DNA of 61,392 nt, filler included, from Candidatus Babelota bacterium (GTDB lineage: Bacteria > JAGOBX01): the NCBI GenBank assembly GCA_017999075.1. It is 16 parts of 16 records of this genome, joined end to end, with 100 filler letters (N's around TTAATTAATTAA, not from the genome) between each part and the next. Parts side by side here need not be neighbours in the genome. Positions count along the whole stretch, not along the records: positions 9,529 to 12,597 come from JAGOBX010000500.1; positions 12,698 to 15,762 come from JAGOBX010000501.1; positions 15,863 to 30,047 come from JAGOBX010000038.1; 13 more parts are not named here. One strand, 5' to 3'. The translations under genes were made by a program, and so were the position numbers. Below are positions 9,977 to 19,324 of the stretch, one piece after another. The number at the start of each line of letters is the position of its first letter. The stretch's first letter is position 1. The notes beneath the pieces are model-generated. The model was not told the origin of the DNA, did not search any database, and saw only the letters and a list, made by a program, of their open reading frames with translations.

Positions 9977-11548
9977 TTAATAATTTGAAATTTTAGTAAG
10001 TTCGTTTGCAATAACCTTTGATTCGATTTTTTTTACAGAACCGTCTCTAAATTTTCTTAAAAGCTCAAATTCAACTTCAACCCCTGTTTTTATAACATCA
10101 ACATTATTTTCGGCTTTTAATTCAAAATATAAGACTGCCTCGGCATTGCGTTGTTTTAACACAAACGGCGATCCTTTTTCAAGATAATTTTCAATTGAAA
10201 CTGTTCCAAACAAATTTAAAGTTTTTTTACCTTTTTCATACACAATTAATTTTGAATTTTCAGGAAAACTTCCAGAATTCGATTTTACAGTCATTTTTTT
10301 TATATTAATTTTCCCTTTTCCTGAATTAAGAAGCTTCAATTCATATTTTATGATTTTCCCTTTTTTAACAGGTTCATCATAATCAGTCAACGTCAAATCA
10401 AGATTAGAAAAATAATAATCAGGATTATTAACATCTTCATTATTAACCAGAGTAACAGGATTTTCTTTAATAAGTTTATAATCAAGCAGCATAACTGACG
10501 AATTTAAAATTTTGGCATCAGTATTATTTTCAAACTTATAATTTTTCATATGTTTTGTCTTCACGGAAAATCTCAGTTCATCTCCTGAATCCAAATTATC
10601 CACTTTTATAGAAACATATTTTTTTTCATTATCGGCTGATTTAACAATTCCTGAAGATAATACAAATTTTTCAATAATATCCGTTGTTTTTATTTGTTTT
10701 CCATTTTTAAATAATTCAAAATTATAACCAAAATCCTCACTTTCTTCATCGTATGCAAAATCAAATGATTCAGGTAAAGTCACTGTAAGAATATCATTAA
10801 ACTGTTTCCCTGAAATCATTTTAAGTTCTGCATTAAGCACGCATATATTATCTTCTTTTTCTCCATAAAGATATTCCAGCGGGCCATTGTCAGACAAAAA
10901 AAGATCAACAGCGCATTCTTCGGGATAAAGCCATTCTATAACTGCGTAAACCGTATTTTTTTCAGGGTTATCTTCGTCAGGAAGAGTTACTGATATTTCA
11001 GAATATCCTGGAGAAATCGAGGATAACTCTATAAACGACTGGCCCGGATGCAATATTAAAGACTCGTATTTACCTGTTCCCCGCGGATTTAACCCTGCAT
11101 TTTTCGGATATTGAACCATAATATTCTGAGGTTCATCTAAAGTTAGTGTTTTAAGAAAATTATTCTGCAGCGAAGATTTTTCTTTTCTGCTGTAATTAGT
11201 TATAAAGCAGTCAGAATTTATGATAGGACTTTTTAACGAGTTTATACGCCATATTATTTCAGATGACTGTACTGGCATACCGCGTTTTGTTACAGTTGCA
11301 ATTAATGCGGCTTTAGTTTTCATATCATATCTGGCTGTAGGGCTAATTCTGTTATTATTTATCACGCTGCCAACAGAATAATTCTGAAGCATATCTCTGT
11401 ATTCTGCGGACGCATTGGCAAACAATTCTCCATCCTCATCCAAAAACACAGGAGAAATTACAATGGAATAGTCTCCGGCCAATAAAAATCCTGAATTGAA
11501 TATAATAAATATAAAGATAATAAAACGTAATATTAACTTTTTTTTCAT
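9977..11548 (-). CDS. Hypothetical secreted beta-rich protein (DUF11/Ig-like repeats possible)
   Basis: Long ORF, signal peptide MKKKLILRFII..LLAG. LDLTLTDYDEPVKKGKIIKYELKLLNSG resembles the DUF11 pattern. Confidence 0.55.
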   Translation of the reverse strand: MKKKLILRFIIFIFIIFNSGFLLAGDYSIVISPVFLDEDGELFANASAEYRDMLQNYSVGSVINNNRISPTARYDMKTKAALIATVTKRGMPVQSSEIIWRINSLKSPIINSDCFITNYSRKEKSSLQNNFLKTLTLDEPQNIMVQYPKNAGLNPRGTGKYESLILHPGQSFIELSSISPGYSEISVTLPDEDNPEKNTVYAVIEWLYPEECAVDLFLSDNGPLEYLYGEKEDNICVLNAELKMISGKQFNDILTVTLPESFDFAYDEESEDFGYNFELFKNGKQIKTTDIIEKFVLSSGIVKSADNEKKYVSIKVDNLDSGDELRFSVKTKHMKNYKFENNTDAKILNSSVMLLDYKLIKENPVTLVNNEDVNNPDYYFSNLDLTLTDYDEPVKKGKIIKYELKLLNSGKGKINIKKMTVKSNSGSFPENSKLIVYEKGKKTLNLFGTVSIENYLEKGSPFVLKQRNAEAVLYFELKAENNVDVIKTGVEVEFELLRKFRDGSVKKIESKVIANELTKISNY

Positions 11549-11723
11549 AATTAAAAACTCAAACATTTTTTATAATACAGCAAAACATTGTAATTGATGC
11601 GGTTTAATTTGTCAAATTATTTACATCAATTTTTTTCTTTATATTTTTTATTAATTTTATATAATAGTAAATTGGCTGACTCATCAGACGAAAATTTAAA
11701 ATTTTAAAAAATATAAAAAAAAT

Positions 11724-12597
11724 ATGAAAACTTATTACGCTTCTCCTGAACGAAAAAACAAAGAAATTATAATTAAAGACTACAATATAATTAATTCATT
11801 GGAAATAATTAAAGAACTAATAAATTCATTACCGTATGTCGTAGGGATTCTAAATTCTGACAGGCAGCTTATTTTTTCTAATACTATGCTGACTGACCTT
11901 CTCGGAATATCTAAAATAGATGAAATTCTGGGAAAACGTCCTGGTGAATTTTTGAATTGCATTAATGCTTCAAAAGAACCAGGAGGATGCGGAGTTGCAG
12001 AAAACTGTTCTGTATGCGGAGCTGTGAGGACAATATGTGAAAGTCAAAAAACAGGAAAAAAAATTTCAAACGAATGCAGACTTACTGCAATAGCAGACGA
12101 TAAAAAAAATTATTTTGATTTAATGATTACTGCAATGCCTTTAACTGTCCAAAATCAAAAATACACGATTGTTTCAATAACCGATATCAGTGCTGAAAAA
12201 AGAAAATTGAATCTTGAACGAATTTTTTTTCATGACATAGTAAACACGGCAGGAGGATTAAAAGGTTTTATAGAATTCATGAAAACTTCAGCAGATCCCC
12301 AGCAAACTCAGGAATTACTTGAAATATCAAATAAAATCTGCGATAACCTTATTGAACATATTTTATCTCAAAAAGAACTGAATGCTGCAGAACGCGGAGA
12401 ACTTACCGTTAATTATGTAAAATGCAATTCTAAAAAAATTTTGGAAGACTGCGTTCAGCAAATGAAATATCATAACGTTGCAAAAAACAAAAATATCGTT
12501 ATCAATCATTCTAACTGCGATATTGATTTTGACACTGATGTTACAATGTTAAAACGCATAATCGGAAATATGATTAAAAACGGGCTGGAAGCTTCTA
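11724..12597 (+). CDS. PAS-domain sensor histidine kinase, 3' partial
   Basis: PAS-like LINSLPYVVGILNSDRQLIFSN; Cys cluster; H-box FFHDIVNTAGG; N-box IIGNMIKNGLEAS. Confidence 0.9.
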
Positions 12598-12698
12598 NNN
12601 NNNNNNNNNNNNNNNNNNNNNNNNNNNNNNNNNNNNNNNNNTTAATTAATTAANNNNNNNNNNNNNNNNNNNNNNNNNNNNNNNNNNNNNNNNNNNNG

Positions 12699-13175
12699 CG
12701 TAATTGCTCGTTTGATTCTTGTTTAATAATCGTTACGGGCAATCTCGTTATTGAAGATAATTTTTCGATTTCCGGCAATGATAAATATTTTTTTGAAACT
12801 GAAGAATATATGAAAATTATTGAAGAAAATAATTTTCTAAAATTATGCGGTATGACTAAATCACCGGAGGAATCCTTTAATAATCCTAATGAAATCCTCA
12901 AGTATTCAATAAAATTATCATTAACGAACCAAAAAAAACCGCATTCTAAAAAAATCAGAACTTCTTCTTCTCCATCCATAATATGCGGTTCAGAATTATT
13001 TATAAATTTGCGCAACCCTAATCCTGATTTAGATTCCGATAATATTCCAAAACTGTCGGGATTGTTTTATGCTTCAAAAAAAATTTCAATAAAAAATTTT
13101 TTATGCGATAACAACGATATTTCATTCATCGCAAATGAAATTAAAATTTCAGGATCAGACAAACTAAAATTATGA
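12699..13175 (+). CDS. Hypothetical protein, 5' partial
   Basis: Frame is open from the contig start through the ORF-track 12810-13175; no recognisable motif. Confidence 0.5.
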   Translation, partial: RNCSFDSCLIIVTGNLVIEDNFSISGNDKYFFETEEYMKIIEENNFLKLCGMTKSPEESFNNPNEILKYSIKLSLTNQKKPHSKKIRTSSSPSIICGSELFINLRNPNPDLDSDNIPKLSGLFYASKKISIKNFLCDNNDISFIANEIKISGSDKLKL

Positions 13176-14340
13176 ATTTGTTACAATGTTTAAAATATTC
13201 ATACCAGCCTTTCATTGTTTTATTGGTATTAGTAATTACTTTTTCTATGCTGACTCCATTTTGACGTTTTGTTATCATTCTGATTCGGTCTTGCATTTTC
13301 TTAAAACTTTTATTGGCTGGATACCGACTGATGATTGCTTTTTTCTTTTCTCTGTGAAACTTATACCCTAAGAACTCAAACTCGGCTTCTTCTTTATTCA
13401 TATCAATTATTTTACTCTTTTCTGGATTTATTTCAAGTTTCAATTTCTTCAGTTCTACTTTTATCAATTCCAGACATTTTTCCGCTTCTTCTTCGTCTTT
13501 GCAGAATATCAGTCCGTTATCAGCGTATCGAACTAATTCCTTTGCATTATTTGCAAAACATCTGTCAAATTCATCAAGATATATTGCCCAATAATGGACT
13601 TATTACTGCGCCCTGCGGTGTTCCGCTTTCAGGTTTCCATTCTTTCATTTCATCTACTATTGTTTGTTCCAGATACTTTTCCAACAATTTTATGATTCTA
13701 TTATCGGCTATTCTTTCTTGTATTTTGCTTATAAGAATTTCTATATCAACGTTATCAAAATATGCTTTAATGTCAAATTCTACTATGTATAAATATCCGA
13801 TTTTCATTAGTTCGTCTATTCGACGCAACGCATCTTTACATCCGCGTTTCGGTCGAAATCCATAGCTATGCTCATAAAATTTTATTTCAAATATCGGTTC
13901 AATTACATTTCGTATAGCAATCTGTATTATACGGTCTTTTATTACAGGAATTCCAAGTGGACGCATTTCTGTTTTTCCTGCTTTCGGTATCCAGGCCGTT
14001 TGATTTTATCGGGTATATATTTCTCGGTTTCTAATGCTTCACAGATTTCTTGCAAGTATATTTCGGTTTTTGCTTCAAATTTTTCTATCGTTTGATTATC
14101 TATTCCTGCGCTTCCGCCGTTTCTTTTCACTCGTTCCCACGAAGCTTTTAAATTCCTTTCTGAGCATACCTTATCTATCAAACTAAACCATTTGTCGCCT
14201 TTTACCCTCTCTCGAGAGCCGTCAGCATTCTGTCCGTCCAGACGCTGGTTTCAACCCAATCAAATCTTTCTTCATCATAATAATTTATCCGCAGTTTTAA
14301 TTGGATTTCTTTATCTTGTTTAGTTTCGCCAACACTCACG
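13176..14340 (-). pseudogene. ltrA: Group II intron reverse transcriptase/maturase pseudogene (about 4 frameshifts, YADN; 5' limit approximate)
   Basis: Fragments WTDRMLTALE / KWFSLIDKV..SAGIDNQT / RPLGIPVIKDRIIQ..SYGFRP..GTPQGAVISPLL / RYADN / FLGYKF..KGWYEYFKH lie in shifting frames (shifts near 14205, 13995, 13580, 13473). Confidence 0.92.
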
Positions 14341-14809
14341 ATAATTTCCCTTTACCTTTGTCTGAATTTCTTTAATCAATCTTCCTACCTCACTTCGCTC
14401 CATCAGCATTACCGCGCCTTGTTGCAAGGCGATGACTTCATAGCTCTTATTGAGGCTCTGACTCCTGAATAATTCTCTCAGTTATTCAGGTATCCATTAT
14501 TCCTGTATTTGCCCTTCCGACCATTCTGTCCCCCCAACACCATTCACTGTTTCATATCGTCCCTTTCCGACCGAGAGTTATTTGTTTAGAGCGATATGTG
14601 TTTCCATTAAGGAATATCAGCCTTCGCTTTTACCCAGTAAACTCAGCATAACACAAACCGAAACGGGTTTGTATCCTACGGACTGGTCTTTCGCCTTCAG
14701 TTGCTTTCCACTCTGCCTCACGGCAACGCAGTTACTTTCAGCTATATGTCTCTCGACCTCAGACATAAAGGGACTTTCACCATCCGGACAAATACCATTT
14801 AACGCGCAC
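13176..14809 (-). mobile_element. Group II intron remnant (5' RNA domains I-III + degraded IEP; 3' domains V/VI missing)
   Basis: 5' end GTGCGCGTTAAATGGT at 14809. DI-like GGTGAAAGTCC and GCCGTGAGGC. DII hairpin CTGAATAA..TTATTCAG. DIII-like GAGTCAGAGCC..GGTAATGCTGATGGAGCGAAG..AGGAAG. RT ORF follows; no DV found downstream. Confidence 0.9.
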
Positions 14810-14851
14810 TAGGCCGCGCGAAGCGCGAGCGCAGACTCCGAGATAACCGAC
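14810..14851 (-). repeat. GC-rich hairpin element A (intron 5' exon), apparently truncated by the intron
   Basis: Minus strand GTCGGTTATCTCGGAGTCTGCGCTCGCGCTTCGCGCGGCCTA|GTGCG, containing a CGCGC-TTC-GCGCG hairpin. Shares GTCGGTTATC with element B. Confidence 0.55.
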
Positions 14852-14943
14852 CGTATTCCTTTTTTTTTGTTTTTCTTTTAAAAAAAATATGTTGGTAATT
14901 CATTTATGTTATATCGTAAAAAAGTATTATTTTAATTAAATGA

Positions 14944-15366
14944 CTATATATTTTTTCGAACAATTTCGATCACAGCTTTAGCAATGATTTGCAAAGCAGA
15001 TGTCAATTGTTCATATCCTAATTTGCTTTTTATTGTATGTAAATAATCTTCTAAAAGATCCGAACTCAAATATCTCATGGTATCTAAATATTTATTCTCA
15101 CCAATTTTAAGTATTTTAAGGCTTATTATAAAACTCAAATCAGCAGTACAATGATTATCATAACTTATCTCAATATTCCAATTCGTAGATTTTAGATAAA
15201 TGGTAGATTCAGAATAACCATCATAATAATCTTCATTGGTCACAACTTTAATACATTTAAGTTCTGAACTCTTTTCCAAAACCTTCAAGGTTTTAAGACA
15301 TTGTCCAATAGCACTGTTTTCAGGCAGACAGCATAAATTTGACGAATCATATTCGCTAGTTCCCAT
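14944..15366 (-). CDS. Orphan hypothetical protein (cassette-like)
   Basis: 140-aa ORF with ATG start; no recognisable motif; sits between elements A and B. Confidence 0.6.
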   Translation of the reverse strand: MGTSEYDSSNLCCLPENSAIGQCLKTLKVLEKSSELKCIKVVTNEDYYDGYSESTIYLKSTNWNIEISYDNHCTADLSFIISLKILKIGENKYLDTMRYLSSDLLEDYLHTIKSKLGYEQLTSALQIIAKAVIEIVRKNI

Positions 15367-15514
15367 AATAAATCACTGCTTTCAAAATTAATATAAAAAC
15401 CAATCAACATATAACCAATAACAAATAGTTTGTAAATAAGTTATCTATTTTTCATTCAAAATATCGGCACTTGCATGTAATATCATATTCGACAACTTTT
15501 TTTCTAATAGATAT

Positions 15515-15617
15515 GTCGGTTATCGAACAAGTGCTATCCTCGTCCGCTCGCAAAGCGGATGACGGCAAAGCCACCGTGCCACAAGCACGAGGGATAGCAC
15601 TGAGTTGAACTAAACCG
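15515..15617. repeat. GC-rich branched palindrome element B (attC/REP-like)
   Basis: Outer arms CGGTT..AAC..AGTGCTATCC / GGATAGCACT..GTT..AACCG enclose sub-hairpins TCCGCT-CGCAA-AGCGGA, GGC-AAA-GCC and CGTGC-CACAA-GCACG. Confidence 0.65.
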
Positions 15618-15996
15618 CTAAGCTAAATTTTCACAACATTATATTTGTTACCACGGAATAATTCAATTGTTAAATACATTTTCAGCTGATTTGATTTTTG
15701 CCTGTATTTAAATAATCTTATTTCTGTTAAAATGACATTTTAATTTTATATTATATAAGGATNNNNNNNNNNNNNNNNNNNNNNNNNNNNNNNNNNNNNN
15801 NNNNNNTTAATTAATTAANNNNNNNNNNNNNNNNNNNNNNNNNNNNNNNNNNNNNNNNNNNNAATATGCAGTTTGGGTTAATACTAATTCGCTGATTTTG
15901 AAAACCATTTTTATAATTTTTAAAGCGGCTTAGTGTTAAATCTCATAGATAAAATTTAATGATCGATTTATTTTAAATAGCAGCGGAGGATTTAAT

Positions 15997-17058
15997 GTGA
16001 ATAATAAATACTGGAGTGAATTAACTAAAAAAATTAACCCATATACTCCTGGAGAACAGCCTCAAGATAAAAAATATGTAAAATTAAACACTAATGAAAA
16101 TCCCTATCCTCCTTCGCCTAAAGTTTTTGAAGCTGTAAAAAAAGTTTCTGAAAGTTCTTTGAAATTGTATCCTGATCCTGATTCTAATATATTAAAACAA
16201 GCCATAGCTTCATATTATAAAATTGATAAAAGTTTTATTTTTACCGGAAATGGTTCTGATGAAGTTCTCGCATTTTGTTACCCTGCATTTTTTAATTATG
16301 ACAAGCCTGTATTATTCCCTGATATAACGTACAGTTTTCTTCCTGTATTTGCTTCATTATTCAATATTAAAATAGAAACAATATCATTAACAGATGATTT
16401 TTCAATAAACATTTCAGATTACAAACGTCCTAATACAGGAATTATTATTCCAAATCCGAATGCTCCTACAGGAAGATATCTTGAACTTGATTTAATTCGC
16501 GAAATACTGAAGTTTAATCAGAATTCTATTGTAATAATTGATGAAGCTTATATTGATTTTGGAGGCGAATCAGCAATTAAACTTGTTGAAAGTTATCCGA
16601 ATCTTCTTGTGGTTCAAACTCTGTCAAAATCCAAATCTTTAGCAGGATTACGCCTTGGTTTTGCTGTGGGGCAGCCTGAACTTATTGAAGCTATGAATAG
16701 AATCAAAAGCAGTTTTAATTCTTATACAATTGACCGCCTCTGTTCTGCAGGAGCTGCAGCTGCATTTGAGGATGCCGAATATTATAATCAAATATCATTA
16801 AAAATTATAAATACACGAGAGGATGCAGTTAAGGAATTGTCAAAACTTGGATTTTATATAATACCTTCAAAATCTAATTTTTTATTTGTTAAACATTCCG
16901 TTTTCAATGCTGAAAAATTATATATTTTGCTTAAACAAAATGGTGTGCTTGTAAGATATTTTAAAAAACCGCGAATTGATAATTATCTACGTATAACCAT
17001 AGGAACAAAAGAAGAAATGGAAGTTTTATATAGAACCATTAAAACCATTATACTTTAA
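15997..17058 (+). CDS. hisC: Histidinol-phosphate aminotransferase
   Basis: KLNTNENPY, GNGSDE, PNPNAPTG, IDEAY, TLSKSKSLAGLRLG, LRITIG. Confidence 0.95.
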   Translation: MNNKYWSELTKKINPYTPGEQPQDKKYVKLNTNENPYPPSPKVFEAVKKVSESSLKLYPDPDSNILKQAIASYYKIDKSFIFTGNGSDEVLAFCYPAFFNYDKPVLFPDITYSFLPVFASLFNIKIETISLTDDFSINISDYKRPNTGIIIPNPNAPTGRYLELDLIREILKFNQNSIVIIDEAYIDFGGESAIKLVESYPNLLVVQTLSKSKSLAGLRLGFAVGQPELIEAMNRIKSSFNSYTIDRLCSAGAAAAFEDAEYYNQISLKIINTREDAVKELSKLGFYIIPSKSNFLFVKHSVFNAEKLYILLKQNGVLVRYFKKPRIDNYLRITIGTKEEMEVLYRTIKTIIL

Positions 17059-17059
17059 T

Positions 17060-18022
17060 TTGATGTTTAACAATATATTATTTCTTTTTTTTAGCGTTAT
17101 ACTTGAAGGGTTTCCATATATAATTATAGGCGCTTTAATATCTGCTTTTCTTGAAATATATCTTCCTGAAAAGTTCTTTAAAAATATGTCTGTTAAAAAT
17201 GGTTTTTTACTGATTCCAATGTTTGCTTTGTCTGGTTTTATATTTCCTGTCTGCGAATGCGGAATTGTCCCGGTAGTATCGCGTCTTAGAAAAAAAGGAT
17301 TGTCATCCGGTCCTGTGATAGCATATTTATTAAGCGCGCCAGCTTTTCAGCCTATAGTATTGTTTTCGACATATTCCGCATTTAACAATAATTTTAATAT
17401 TGCTTTTATCAGATGCGGTATTTCATTGGCTGTAGCTATAATAATTGCCTGTTTATTTCAAAAATCGGAAATCTCGCCGTATTTAAATGATAATATTGCT
17501 TTAAATGAAAATGTTTCTGGAATTCATCTTGATAATCATAAACATTTTGAAAACTGTCCATGCTGTTCTGATAAAAAAACTCATTTTAAAGATGAAAAGT
17601 CAGAAACAGAAAAAAAAATAGTTTTATTCATAAATACTTTCATTAAAGAAAGCGCGGTAATACTTTCGTATTTGACAATAGGAGCTTTTCTAGCTACTTT
17701 GATTTCATATTATAACCCTGTTGATTTATACGGGTCAGGCATAGAGGGTTATTTTGGAAAAATAATAGAAATTTTTATTTTAATGATAATGGCTGTTTTA
17801 ATGTCTGTTTGTTCTGAAGCAGATGCTTTTGTAGCTTATTCTTTTACAAATTTTTCACTTCCTGCAAAAATGGCATTTATGTGGCTTGGCCCTATAATGG
17901 ATATAAAACTTATAATAATGTACAAGGCTGTTTTTGAAAAAAAATTTGTTGTAAAAATTTTTTCGGTTATTTTTGTTGTAATATTATTTATTTCAATAAT
18001 TTTTTCAGTGATTTATAGATGA
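17060..18022 (+). CDS. Permease, DUF318/YcgR family
   Basis: FPVCECGIVP and SVCSEADAF motifs; multi-TM with a His/Cys-rich loop. Confidence 0.9.
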   Translation: MMFNNILFLFFSVILEGFPYIIIGALISAFLEIYLPEKFFKNMSVKNGFLLIPMFALSGFIFPVCECGIVPVVSRLRKKGLSSGPVIAYLLSAPAFQPIVLFSTYSAFNNNFNIAFIRCGISLAVAIIIACLFQKSEISPYLNDNIALNENVSGIHLDNHKHFENCPCCSDKKTHFKDEKSETEKKIVLFINTFIKESAVILSYLTIGAFLATLISYYNPVDLYGSGIEGYFGKIIEIFILMIMAVLMSVCSEADAFVAYSFTNFSLPAKMAFMWLGPIMDIKLIIMYKAVFEKKFVVKIFSVIFVVILFISIIFSVIYR

Positions 18023-18837
18023 ATTTATTGCACGTAATTATATTATTTTTTTTTGATGTTTCTATTTCAGCGGTAATATTAACCGGACATTTATCGGAAT
18101 TTGTCCATCCCAGGTTTACTGCTGTTATTTATACCGGATTTATTTTACTTTCAATGGGAATTTGCGCCGCATTTATGATCTTTTTTTTTAGAAAATTAAA
18201 GATTTTTTTTAAAGTGGATTTTACTGTCATTTTATTATTACCAATATTTTTTGCATTATGGAGTAATAAAAATATAAATTCTATGTCTTTAATAGATCAT
18301 AAGTTTAAAGGGAAAATCAACCCTAAAAAAATTGAAGAATTAAAGATAAATACAGGGTTAAAAAGTGGGTTCACAAAAAAAACTGAAAATAATACGGTTA
18401 TAGAAAAAAATATAATTAAAGATTATGATAAAAATGAAAAATACAGGCAATTGAATATTTTGGAAGCATATAATGAATTAAACTCTATAGGGTCAAAAGA
18501 TAAAATTAAAAAAATTTCTTATAACATTGATGTTATTGGACAAATATATTATCCTACAACAGAAAATAAGCTGGAATTGTATGAAAACGAAATTATGATT
18601 GTCAGATTTGTTATGGTTTGCTGCGCTGCTGATATGACTCCTATGGGATTGATTATTGAAAATAAAAATAAATATTCTGAAAATTTTGAGGAGTGGATTA
18701 GAGTTAAAGGAAAAATTGAATTTATTGAAAATTCCAAAATCGGCGGTTTTTTCGGGTTTGTCAGAGATCATACAATTGAAAAAATAGATCCGCCGGAAAT
18801 TGAATGGTTATACCCGGATTTTTCAAATTATAAATAA
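18019..18837 (+). CDS. TIGR03943/YcgQ-family permease partner
   Basis: FVHPRF and RFVMVCCAADMTPMG motifs; ATGA overlap with the DUF318 gene. Confidence 0.88.
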   Translation: MNLLHVIILFFFDVSISAVILTGHLSEFVHPRFTAVIYTGFILLSMGICAAFMIFFFRKLKIFFKVDFTVILLLPIFFALWSNKNINSMSLIDHKFKGKINPKKIEELKINTGLKSGFTKKTENNTVIEKNIIKDYDKNEKYRQLNILEAYNELNSIGSKDKIKKISYNIDVIGQIYYPTTENKLELYENEIMIVRFVMVCCAADMTPMGLIIENKNKYSENFEEWIRVKGKIEFIENSKIGGFFGFVRDHTIEKIDPPEIEWLYPDFSNYK

Positions 18838-18928
18838 AAAAATAGATTTTATATTTAAAATATAATCTTGAATTTTATATATAAGATAATAAAATATATT
18901 TAATGAAAAAATATTTGAGGAAATAGCA

Positions 18929-19246
18929 ATGACAGAGTATCTTAAAGTTATAACTACTATTGATTCAAAAGAGAAAGCAGTTGATTTGTGTAAAAAAATT
19001 GTAGAATTGAGGTTAGTTTCCTGCGCTCAAATTTTAGGACCAATTCAAAGCATTTATTGGTGGCAGGATAAAGTTGATAATTCCGAAGAATATTATTGTG
19101 TATTTAAAACAAAAAGCTCGTTATATCCGCAGCTTGAAGATTATATAAAAAAAAATCATAATTATCAGGTTCCTGAAATAATAGCTGTTCCCATAATTTT
19201 TGGCAGTAAAGAATATTTGAACTGGATTTCTAACGAGACCGTTTGA
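18929..19246 (+). CDS. cutA: Divalent-cation tolerance protein CutA
   Basis: LVSCAQI..SIYWWQDK..EE..KT; HNYQVPEII; YLNWI. Confidence 0.95.
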   Translation: MTEYLKVITTIDSKEKAVDLCKKIVELRLVSCAQILGPIQSIYWWQDKVDNSEEYYCVFKTKSSLYPQLEDYIKKNHNYQVPEIIAVPIIFGSKEYLNWISNETV

Positions 19247-19324
19247 TTTATTAATTTTAAAAAAATTAAAAATATTATATAATATAGAAAAATTTTAAAT
19301 TTATAAATCTGGGAGTTATTATTT

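Noticed and set aside
13335..13865. Plus-strand ORFs over the RT, and other short antisense ORFs (e.g. 8553-9068, 27395-27808, 47601-47942)
   Set aside because: Shadow frames opposite well-supported genes; no motifs.
13141..14340. DGR, retron or defence-associated RT
   Set aside because: Motifs (RPLGIP, GTPQG, X-domain GW..YF) and an upstream GTGCG-initiated intron RNA indicate a group II intron. No TR/VR pair or msr-msd was seen.
14888..14914. dif/Xer site (TTATGTTATAT resembles the XerD arm)
   Set aside because: Spacer between TAA and TTA is 5 nt rather than 6, the XerC arm is poor, and the background is AT-rich.
15565..15600. Twister ribozyme (CCGTGCCACAAGCACG loop)
   Set aside because: No downstream GTGG pseudoknot partner and no UAA cleavage-loop/P2 arrangement.
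15540..15610. c-di-GMP-I riboswitch (GAC.GCAAAGCCAC, GATAGC resemblance)
   Set aside because: No 5' GGCAAA element, no partner strand for the P3 stem, no downstream gene on that strand, and a stronger alternative outer palindrome.
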